Under the pieces are notes generated by a model, which was not told the DNA's origin, did not search any database, and saw only the letters and a list, made by a program, of their open reading frames with translations. This document shows positions 17,358 to 25,495 of a stretch of DNA of 32,802 nucleotides, piece by piece; position 1 is the first letter of the stretch; each line of letters opens with the position of its first letter. Location: sequence record SRR31156797_6926. The stretch is one strand, 5' to 3'. The position numbers and the translations under genes are program-made.

Positions 17358-18080
17358 ATGGTTGAAAAAGCTGATAAAAATAGAGTGTTGGTTATTGTAC
17401 CAATGTTTAATGAAGAAGAGAATGTAGAATATGTGCTAAATGATTTATCTGATATAGATTATGATGTGATTTTTATTGACGATAAATCTATCGATAATAC
17501 AGCAACTGCTCTGAACGGACTAAATGTTAAAGTACTGCATCTTCCAATTAACCTTGGAATTGGCGGCTGCATTCAGGCTGGTTACAAATATGCTTTGGAA
17601 AATGGCTATGACGTTTGTGTTCAATATGACGGTGACGGACAGCATATTGCAGAGCACATTCCTAGACTTGTAAAAGAAATAGAGAATGGATATGACTATG
17701 TAGTCGGTTCACGATATGTGCGAGACGAAAAGGGGTTTAAGTCAACTAAACTTCGCAGATTTGGAATATGGCTATTATCTTTGGAGATAAATGTCTTGTC
17801 CGATACAAGAGTCTATGATGTAACCTCAGGCTTTAGGGCATGTAACAGAGATTTGATAAAGGCATTTTGCAGGTATTATCCTAAGGATTATCCAGAACCT
17901 GAAGTACTTGGTGCTCTTTCAAAACAGGGATATAAGATTAAGGAAGTTTCTGTTAAAATGAGAGAACGACAGGGTGGGGTATCTTCTATAAAACCATTAA
18001 AGAGTATTTATTATATGATAAAAGTCGGCTTCTCAATACTTGTAAAATCTAACTCGTACGCAAAGGATAATAATCAATGA
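17358..18080 (+). CDS. GT2 family glycosyltransferase (DPM1/GacI-like, polyprenol-P-sugar synthase type)
   Basis: Motifs 'VPMFNEEE', 'IDDKS.D', 'NLGIGG', 'DGDGQH', 'VGSRY', 'DVTSGFRA' and 'YPEPE'. Confidence 0.9.
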   Translation: MVEKADKNRVLVIVPMFNEEENVEYVLNDLSDIDYDVIFIDDKSIDNTATALNGLNVKVLHLPINLGIGGCIQAGYKYALENGYDVCVQYDGDGQHIAEHIPRLVKEIENGYDYVVGSRYVRDEKGFKSTKLRRFGIWLLSLEINVLSDTRVYDVTSGFRACNRDLIKAFCRYYPKDYPEPEVLGALSKQGYKIKEVSVKMRERQGGVSSIKPLKSIYYMIKVGFSILVKSNSYAKDNNQ

Positions 18081-18475
18081 TTAGTAAAGGATTTCAAATA
18101 ATATTAATTGCAGTAATGTCTGCAAATCTTTTTGTTACTATAATGCTTATCAAAAAGGAGAGTATGCGTGTAAAATACGCATTGGCTTGGATATTTATCA
18201 GCATTGGTACGTTATTCATTGCGATATTCCCAAAGACTCTTAGAATTATATCAGATAAGTTATATATTTATAATGATGCAAATACATTATTCATGTTTGC
18301 TATCATTGTACTATTCGTTATGGCATTTAGCTTCTCACTTTTATTCTCTAAGAATTCATATATGATTCAGTCATTAGCACAGGAGATAGCAATTCTGAAA
18401 CTACGGATTAATGAATTGGAAAAGAAACTGGATGAAAAGAATGAAAGTTTAAAGAATAAAGATACAAAAGAATAA
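18077..18475 (+). CDS. DUF2304 family membrane protein
   Basis: Three TM segments, 'KYALAW' and C-terminal 'LAQEIAIL' coiled coil; ATGA overlap with the GT2 gene. Confidence 0.82.
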   Translation: MISKGFQIILIAVMSANLFVTIMLIKKESMRVKYALAWIFISIGTLFIAIFPKTLRIISDKLYIYNDANTLFMFAIIVLFVMAFSFSLLFSKNSYMIQSLAQEIAILKLRINELEKKLDEKNESLKNKDTKE

Positions 18476-18498
18476 TAATTTTTGTAGTAATATTAGAT

Positions 18499-18543
18499 AA
18501 AGCATAGATTAGTACTGTTATACTAGCTAAACTATGCTTTTTA
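18499..18543 (+). terminator. Probable terminator of GT2-DUF2304
   Basis: AAAGCATAG...CTATGCTTT stem followed by T residues. Confidence 0.55.
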
Positions 18544-18599
18544 TGTTAGAATTGCTTATTGTTATGTAAATAACATATTTTATTACGGAGGACATACTA

Positions 18600-19364
18600 T
18601 TGGAAAATAAAGTAATGGCTACAGTAGACAATCAGCCTATAACAATGGCTGACATTTTGTATTTTATACAAGCTATGGGACAACAAGGTGCTCAATACAA
18701 CAATGAGCAGGGACATAAGTTGATTTTGGAACAATTAATCAGCCAAAGATTATTATTTTTGGATGCAACGAAAAATGGTTTGGCATTTGATGTTGAATAT
18801 AAACAGCAATTGGAGATGGCAAAGAGAGATTTACTTACTTCTTATGCAATAAATAAGTTACTTTCAGCAGTAACAGTCACTGAAGAAGAATGTAAAAAAG
18901 AATTTGAAGATAACAAGGATAGCTATAACAAAGGTGAAACAATTTCTGCAAGCCATATCTTGGTAGATGATGAGGATAAGGCAAAATCTATTGCTGAAGA
19001 GATAAAACAAGAGAAAATCAGCTTCGAAGATGCCGCAAAAAAGTATTCATCATGCCCGTCATCAGCTAATGGCGGAAGCCTTGGTGAATTTGGCAAAGGT
19101 CAGATGGTACCTGAATTTGAAGAAATGGCCTTTGGCATGGAATCTGGTGAAATATCAGATGTTGTTAAAACACAATTTGGCTATCATATAATAAAAGTTA
19201 CGCAAAAGAATGATGCAGCTACAGCAAAATATAGTGAAGTTAAGGATCAGATAAATCATAATTTGCTGGGAAAAGCTAAACAGGATGCTATTGAAAAGAA
19301 AGTTAATCAATTGAAAATTCTATATCCAGTTAATATGAATAATGATTCTGGAATTATCGTTTAA
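18600..19364 (+). CDS. Parvulin-type peptidyl-prolyl isomerase (PrsA-like, no signal peptide)
   Basis: Motifs 'ASHILV', 'YSSCPS...GGSLG', 'GQMVPEFE' and 'TQFGYHII'; GGAGG RBS with TTG start. Confidence 0.92.
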   Translation: MENKVMATVDNQPITMADILYFIQAMGQQGAQYNNEQGHKLILEQLISQRLLFLDATKNGLAFDVEYKQQLEMAKRDLLTSYAINKLLSAVTVTEEECKKEFEDNKDSYNKGETISASHILVDDEDKAKSIAEEIKQEKISFEDAAKKYSSCPSSANGGSLGEFGKGQMVPEFEEMAFGMESGEISDVVKTQFGYHIIKVTQKNDAATAKYSEVKDQINHNLLGKAKQDAIEKKVNQLKILYPVNMNNDSGIIV

Positions 19365-19382
19365 TAAATATAATAAGCTAGT

Positions 19383-19413
19383 AAACGCAGGAAGCAGCCT
19401 GCGTTTTGCTTTT
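19383..19413 (+). terminator. Intrinsic terminator after the PPIase gene
   Basis: AAACGCAGG-aagcag-CCTGCGTTT followed by a T-rich tail. Confidence 0.8.
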
Positions 19414-19723
19414 GTATTATTTGAATCGATTAGTTTTATGGGGCATTTATCAAATGATAGATGCCCTATTAGTATTCAACTATAACTTTGAAATCATTCA
19501 TTCTTCATATAGTTTGATATGTAAATTATTGAGCATTTTTATTGTTGTTGCAAGGTAATGTACATGTCTAATAATAGGTAATCATCTGCAAAAAAATTAT
19601 TGATTGCAGATTGACAGTATAAAAAGATAAACTGAAATCGTAGTGTTTATTTAAGAAATTTTTACAGTATTTTTATACTGTTCGTATTATTTAGTGGGAT
19701 TTTGATGATATTTTTAAGAATAA

Positions 19724-19751
19724 TTGTATAAATGATATATTATGCTATAAT
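19724..19751 (+). promoter_or_regulatory. Sigma-A promoter of the small membrane protein gene
   Basis: TTGTAT-N16-TATAAT with extended -10 TG. Confidence 0.6.
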
Positions 19752-19798
19752 TTGTATTGAGGATTAACCTCAAATATTATTACTGGAGGGTATTATTT

Positions 19799-19969
19799 AT
19801 GAAATTATCAGCACCAAAGGCAATCGTATTCTGGATTGCAGTAGCACTTGCAGTAGTTGCAGCACTTATGGCACTAAGCATATTGCCTATCAGCTTTATC
19901 AGCGCAGTATGGGTAGCATTGATTGCTTTCGTACTATTAGCACTAGGAAACATGCTAAAGGGCTTCTAG
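19799..19969 (+). CDS. 56-aa two-TM hypothetical membrane protein
   Basis: GGAGG RBS with ATG 19799; strong GCA/GTA codon bias; own promoter and terminator. Confidence 0.85.
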   Translation: MKLSAPKAIVFWIAVALAVVAALMALSILPISFISAVWVALIAFVLLALGNMLKGF

Positions 19970-20005
19970 AAGCAACGTATAGCAAAATAGTATGACATTA
20001 AAGAC

Positions 20006-20039
20006 AAAGCTCAGTGACTTATGGTTGCTGAGTTTTTTT
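20006..20039 (+). terminator. Intrinsic terminator
   Basis: GCTCAGTGAC-ttatg-GTTGCTGAGT followed by a T run. Confidence 0.8.
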
Positions 20040-20058
20040 ATGTATTATATCCTTTTTA

Positions 20059-21084
20059 TTATCCAACTAATTTGAAGATTAGATTCTCAATAGCTGTATT
20101 GGCATCTTCTTCTCCAATCTTTACTAGATAGTCAGCATCTATTATACTATTAACTATTTTTTTTCTATCATCTTGGCTCAATCTTTTGCCTTTGCTGTAC
20201 ATTGTCTTTATAACAAAATGTTTTATGCCTAGCCTTTGTTCAAGTTCGTTAAAATTAATCGCTTTGTCTGCAAAATTTTTGTCTATATCCTCGATGAATG
20301 CATATACACGATACTGTCGAGCAATGAGTGATAGTATGGCACCGACATATTCACCATTTCGTATCATATCACGGTAAATGCTGAATGCACCATTGCTGTT
20401 TTTACTGGTTATAGCTTTTATCATCTGAAAAACGTTATAGTCTATGCTAGGAGAACAAATGGCTTCAATATCTTTTCTAGTGATAGCTTCACTTGAATAA
20501 TCGACTAGTTTATCCAATTCATTTTTGATTTTGAACATTTCACTGCCTACATATTCCACTAAGAAAGCAGCATCGGACAAACTCAATTTCTTATTATATT
20601 TTTTGGCTAAGTTAACAGCGATTTTGCTTCTTTCGCTATCTGTTATTTTATTGTATGAAACGATGCAGTCGTTTTTTTTCAGCAGTTTGACTATTGGATT
20701 TGATGCAGTAATTTTGTCCACAGAAACAAACAAAACCAACACGTCATTGTTTTCACTGTGTATCAAGCTGTCTGTCAAATTAAGCATATTTTGAAAAATT
20801 TCACTTTCATATCGAGATTTCGGACATGTGAAGTATTCGTCATCCTCAATAATAATTATTCGCTTATCTGCCATAAATGGAGGAGTCATGCACCCATTCT
20901 TAAGTCTTTTATAATTTTTTGTATTTAAGCTTACAACATTTAAGTCATTCATACCAGTTGGGACATATTTATCTATTGATTTAGTAATGAAGTCATTTAT
21001 CAGATATTTTTCACTGCCATATAATAGGTATACCTGTGATAAAGTATCATTATTTAATTTGTCTAGTATCTCATTCCAGTTCAT
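20059..21084 (-). CDS. holA: DNA polymerase III delta subunit
   Basis: Motifs 'VYLLYGSEKYL', 'TPPFMADKRIIII', 'NELDKL' and 'NVFQM'; conserved position after comEC. Confidence 0.9.
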   Translation of the reverse strand: MNWNEILDKLNNDTLSQVYLLYGSEKYLINDFITKSIDKYVPTGMNDLNVVSLNTKNYKRLKNGCMTPPFMADKRIIIIEDDEYFTCPKSRYESEIFQNMLNLTDSLIHSENNDVLVLFVSVDKITASNPIVKLLKKNDCIVSYNKITDSERSKIAVNLAKKYNKKLSLSDAAFLVEYVGSEMFKIKNELDKLVDYSSEAITRKDIEAICSPSIDYNVFQMIKAITSKNSNGAFSIYRDMIRNGEYVGAILSLIARQYRVYAFIEDIDKNFADKAINFNELEQRLGIKHFVIKTMYSKGKRLSQDDRKKIVNSIIDADYLVKIGEEDANTAIENLIFKLVG

Positions 21085-23262
21085 TTAGTTATCCTCTATT
21101 GGTATACAAAGTGCACCATTGTTATTAATATTATGAATAGCAATTCCGCTTTTAGCTGCTTCATTATTATATAGATCCATGCAGTAATTACTGCTGTTTA
21201 TTATAACATATTTTGTATTAACATATGGTATATTTTTTATCCTTGCCTTTGACCACCTAGAGCATATCAAGATGTGCTCTCCCTGCAGTGCACCCTCACG
21301 TAGTTTATAGGTATCTAAATATGCATAGGAGCTGTCGTCAGTCTCAATAATAGCATAATAATTGATTATTGCTTTTTTGTTTGCTTTAAATTCATCAATA
21401 ACTACTGATACATTGCCTATTTTAATAAGTTCATTAATTGGGTGGTGGTTTTCGCCTAAAGTATCACTGCACAGAGTTTCGGGAAGGTAGAAATCCGAAA
21501 TTCCCAATACACTTAGGTTATCAATTAGTTCATAATAATCTTCCATATCATTTCCAGAATATATAAGTGTATCGAGTTGTTTAATGTTTAAATCTTCTGC
21601 TACCCTTAATGCACCTTTGTCAAGGTTATTGATTACAATAGCATTTTGATTGCCAGATTCTATAAAAACAAATACATCGTCATAGCCTGCAAGTATTGAA
21701 ATCTCTTCTTTATCCGAGTCGATTGCAGAAAAAGTTAAAAGTGCAGCAAGTAATGTAATTCCAACTATCAGTCTTAGTCTTTGCCTGTTTTTTACCAGAT
21801 AATTTGTCATCAGAAAAACTATTAACATAAGAGCTATAACAGCAAAAATGCTAGGGGTATCTATTGATATTGTAAAATTTAATTTATGAAAAAAGTTTAC
21901 TAATTTATTAATGCCTGATGATAATAAGTCAATTACTTTAATAATAGCTAAACCTATATATGGAATATAGAACGTCACTGAATAAATAAGCAGAAGAATT
22001 ACCATTATGGTTATTAAAGGTATAAAAATAATGTTCCAAATAGGGGACAACAAAGATATATGCCCAAAATACCTCATGAGCAATAAAAAATTGAATAAAC
22101 TAATAGCTGTTGATGTTAAGAAAATAGCAATAGGATAGAATGTTAATAGCTTTTTATCACTAAATCGTTGATTTAATGGACCAATGACTACAATTATTGC
22201 AAATACTGAAGATATAGATAGAATAAAACCAGTATCAATAATGTATAGTGGATTTATTAGCAGCAGTATCAGAATAGTTATTGATAATATATTTATTGCA
22301 TCTTTTCGTATACCATTCATATTATATATCAATATAATGAGTGCCATTATACTGGCTCGTATTAATGAAACCCGGTTTCCAATAACAATTATCATCAGCC
22401 CGACGACTGCTATGGTTACAAGATTACGTAATAGATACCGCATTCTAATTTTTAAAGTAATAAATACGAAAACACCAATAATGATTCCCAAGTGCAGGCC
22501 AGATATAGCGAATACATGAGATATGCCTAAATCGCTGCATTTATCATAGAATTCGTCATCTAGATAGTCTTTTTCACCAGTGGATAGGGCGTACACAAGC
22601 CCCAGATTTGCTCCGTTTAGAGACTTTAGCAGATTATTATATATGCTTTTATTAATTCTTTGAGTTATACTGGGAGTATAATCACTTGAACTAATAATAG
22701 CTATTCGTTTCTCAAAGACGGTTGCTGTATATTGGATATTATTTGTCATATAATATCTTCGCTCGTTGAAAAATCCATCTAATTGGGCAACTGCAGGCAA
22801 TTCCAATTCCGCAGATGTAAGTATTCGGTCACCAGCTTCAACCTTGTTTTTTGGCGAAACATTGGTGATTATTATATCTGAATCAATATCATCATTTCCA
22901 ATAGTTACATTAGTCAGATGATATTTTGAATATTTTGCGTAATTACTCACTTCAATCACATCTCCAGTAATATGACACTCATCAACAGGGGTTACTGGAT
23001 TTTGATACCATTGGGGTATTACATTAGAACATAATAAATAGCCGACAAACAGGCTAAACAACGCAATAAAATATCTGCATTTCTTTAACCTTAATGTTTG
23101 AATTAAAATAATAATTCCTAAAACATCTAGCAAACCATATATTATAAGCATGTTTACATTGTAGATTAATGCCAGATAAGTACCGATTGCATAAAAAAGA
23201 GCATACCCTACAAAGGGACGCTCAATCATTAATACGAATTTAATACTATCTTTTTTACTCAT
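21085..23262 (-). CDS. comEC: ComEC/Rec2 competence protein with degenerate C-terminal beta-lactamase-like domain
   Basis: Competence-domain motif 'GISHVFAISGLH', plus 'SLIRASIM' and 'NPL...D.GF.LS'; upstream of holA. Confidence 0.9.
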   Translation of the reverse strand: MSKKDSIKFVLMIERPFVGYALFYAIGTYLALIYNVNMLIIYGLLDVLGIIILIQTLRLKKCRYFIALFSLFVGYLLCSNVIPQWYQNPVTPVDECHITGDVIEVSNYAKYSKYHLTNVTIGNDDIDSDIIITNVSPKNKVEAGDRILTSAELELPAVAQLDGFFNERRYYMTNNIQYTATVFEKRIAIISSSDYTPSITQRINKSIYNNLLKSLNGANLGLVYALSTGEKDYLDDEFYDKCSDLGISHVFAISGLHLGIIIGVFVFITLKIRMRYLLRNLVTIAVVGLMIIVIGNRVSLIRASIMALIILIYNMNGIRKDAINILSITILILLLINPLYIIDTGFILSISSVFAIIVVIGPLNQRFSDKKLLTFYPIAIFLTSTAISLFNFLLLMRYFGHISLLSPIWNIIFIPLITIMVILLLIYSVTFYIPYIGLAIIKVIDLLSSGINKLVNFFHKLNFTISIDTPSIFAVIALMLIVFLMTNYLVKNRQRLRLIVGITLLAALLTFSAIDSDKEEISILAGYDDVFVFIESGNQNAIVINNLDKGALRVAEDLNIKQLDTLIYSGNDMEDYYELIDNLSVLGISDFYLPETLCSDTLGENHHPINELIKIGNVSVVIDEFKANKKAIINYYAIIETDDSSYAYLDTYKLREGALQGEHILICSRWSKARIKNIPYVNTKYVIINSSNYCMDLYNNEAAKSGIAIHNINNNGALCIPIEDN

Positions 23263-23275
23263 AGGAAAATGCTGA

Positions 23276-24001
23276 CTAAATATTGATTACTAACTCAGGC
23301 TCTGCTGCAGCTGTATACTTAAATTCATCTTTTGCTTCATGCAGACGCTGTTCAACATCAACACCAGGTGCAAAATGAGTTACCAAAAGCTTTGCAACTT
23401 CTGCTTCACGTGCCATCATTCCTGCCTCTTTGGCTGTTGCATGAGGTCTGTTAACAGGAGCATCACCAGCTGAAAAAGCTGCATCGCATATTAATAAATC
23501 GCAGAACTTGGCAAATGATGGTATTTCATCAGTGTAACATGTATCTCCAGTGTAAACTAATTGATTGTTATCACACTCTATCTTTGTAGCGTAGGATAAT
23601 ATAGAATGCTTAACCTGACGGAAACTTACCTTTACATCTTCGATTTCAAGCATTCTGCCAGTATCAATGATACTTACATTGAAATACTCAAATGTTCTAA
23701 GTATATAGCTCTCTGCTTCCGGACTGTCAGGAATGTATAGCTTTATTGGTGGAATTTCATTCAGCATTAGTGCGTAGCCAAGTACCATCAAATCTGACAT
23801 ATGATCATAGTGGAGATGACTGATTATAATAGCGTTTAATTCCGCTAGATTAATTTTGCTTGTTAATTTGGGTAATATGCCGCTTCCGCAGTCAAGTAGT
23901 ATCTTTGCTTTATCTGTTTCAACTAAATAGCCTGAACAAGGATTATCCTTGGTTGGATATGCACCGCTGTTACCTAAAACTGTTATTTTCATTTTACTCA
24001 T
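23276..24001 (-). CDS. MBL-fold metallo-hydrolase (YhfI/RNase Z-like)
   Basis: Motifs 'SGYLV', 'LLDCGSG', 'SHLHYDH', 'YTGDT' and 'LLVTHF'. Confidence 0.9.
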   Translation of the reverse strand: MSKMKITVLGNSGAYPTKDNPCSGYLVETDKAKILLDCGSGILPKLTSKINLAELNAIIISHLHYDHMSDLMVLGYALMLNEIPPIKLYIPDSPEAESYILRTFEYFNVSIIDTGRMLEIEDVKVSFRQVKHSILSYATKIECDNNQLVYTGDTCYTDEIPSFAKFCDLLICDAAFSAGDAPVNRPHATAKEAGMMAREAEVAKLLVTHFAPGVDVEQRLHEAKDEFKYTAAAEPELVINI

Positions 24002-24530
24002 TTTTAATATCTTCTTTCCAATTGATATAGGGGTTCAGGGATTTTATCTTGTTTAATGTATTAATAATTAAACTACCCAGTATTACACCTGCTAATCCCT
24101 GCAGTATGTTGCCATAGACAGCAGCTACAGCACCACCTAAACCAGATAGGAATATATCACATGCAAAATATCCCGCTACAAGTATAACTGCGGCTATTAT
24201 CATACCTAATAAATTAGTTCCGAATTTGTAATTACCTTTTTTCATTATTATAAAGCATACTAAAGCCATTACGGACTTAACTATCAATGTTGCTATTGCA
24301 TACTGAGGATATCCTAGCAATATGTCAGCAAGCATTGAGCCTATGCCGCTGGCTACTACAGCAGCCAATCCGCCAACAGCCCAGGCACATGCATATATCA
24401 TTGAGTCGCCTAAGTGGATGTATCCGCCTGCAAATGGGAAAGCGACAGATGTTAATGCAGTTATCATAGCTAGGAAAAGACCAGAAACTACTAATCTTTT
24501 TACAATTTGTGATGTTTTCTTCTTTTTCAT
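23994..24530 (-). CDS. ECF transporter S component (PdxU/HmpT-like; substrate uncertain)
   Basis: 'GGYIHLGD....A......G.......GIGSMLAD...GY...A..TLIVK' and five to six TM segments. Confidence 0.88.
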   Translation of the reverse strand: MKKKKTSQIVKRLVVSGLFLAMITALTSVAFPFAGGYIHLGDSMIYACAWAVGGLAAVVASGIGSMLADILLGYPQYAIATLIVKSVMALVCFIIMKKGNYKFGTNLLGMIIAAVILVAGYFACDIFLSGLGGAVAAVYGNILQGLAGVILGSLIINTLNKIKSLNPYINWKEDIKNE

Positions 24531-24536
24531 AAGCAT

Positions 24537-24565
24537 ATTATAAATGAAAGTTATAATTATTACAA
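24537..24565 (-). promoter_or_regulatory. Sigma-A promoter of the ECF-S/MBL/comEC/holA operon, overlapped by a Fur-family-like palindrome
   Basis: TTGTAA-N17-TATAAT; TTATAATTATTACAA at 24551-24565. Confidence 0.6.
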
Positions 24566-24628
24566 CAAAATTAAGATATCCATAGCATAATGTTACACTA
24601 ATTAATTTGTAATCTGATTGGTGTAATA

Positions 24629-25249
24629 TCAGGATTCTTCAGAATTCTGTATTTTTTTAGTTGTCAGGTTCCCTTCGTAGGAACTTCCCAGCGATACAAC
24701 CATGCTTAGAGCCGCTTCAACTGGAATATCTACCATGATTACATCCTCAATATTATAGAGCATCAGGAATCCATTGGTGGGATTTGGAGTTGTAGGAACA
24801 AATACAAATATTTTATCCATATTGTCAATAGATATATTATCATTCGTAATAAATCCTACACTATAGCTTTCCTTATTTGGAAACTTTACAAAGACGACTT
24901 GCTTAAAATTATTGCTGTCTTTGTTAGAGAAATTCCTAAGCATAGTTCTTAATGGTTTATACACGATTTTTATTATTGGAATATTCTCCAGCATTTGTTC
25001 AAACTTTTTTGTAATACTGTGTCCTACAATGCGATTTGATATAAAGCCGATAATATATACTAATGAAATTGTAACTACCAGACCCAAGCCTGGTACGTCT
25101 AATTGAAATTTTTCATATATTATATTCCCCAGGATTGAGTCAAGTAAATTGAATACCTTTGTAATAATCCAGGCACTTATACCTATAGGCAACACCAGCA
25201 AAAGACCTGTAATAAAGCTGTTTTTTATATTATTTAATGCCTTTTTCAT
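24629..25249 (-). CDS. DUF502 family membrane protein
   Basis: Motifs 'FITGLL..LP', 'IPIIKIVY' and 'VFVPTTPNPTNGFL'. Confidence 0.92.
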   Translation of the reverse strand: MKKALNNIKNSFITGLLLVLPIGISAWIITKVFNLLDSILGNIIYEKFQLDVPGLGLVVTISLVYIIGFISNRIVGHSITKKFEQMLENIPIIKIVYKPLRTMLRNFSNKDSNNFKQVVFVKFPNKESYSVGFITNDNISIDNMDKIFVFVPTTPNPTNGFLMLYNIEDVIMVDIPVEAALSMVVSLGSSYEGNLTTKKIQNSEES

Positions 25250-25255
25250 ATTTTG

Positions 25256-25406
25256 CTCCTTGTATTATGTACTTAGCTAGAAATTAATTGTGTTACACAT
25301 ATCCACTAATGTATGCCTATTTTTAATTTAAACAGAGATTAATCATACTATCGCTATGCAATTCATCCTTTAGCCACAGCTTGGTTTTTATGTAATAAAA
25401 CTCCTT
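25256..25406 (-). repeat. Copy 2 of the duplicated non-coding leader (5' UTR of the DUF502 gene)
   Basis: Aligns with 23-180; preceded by TTTACA-N16-TATAAT (25440-25413); ends at the AAGGAG RBS. Confidence 0.85.
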
Positions 25407-25495
25407 AGTGTAATTATATAGTAATTATAAAATATGTAAATTCATTTTTTAGCAGACTTTGCAATAGATACAGTATTATAATTAATTAATGTAAA

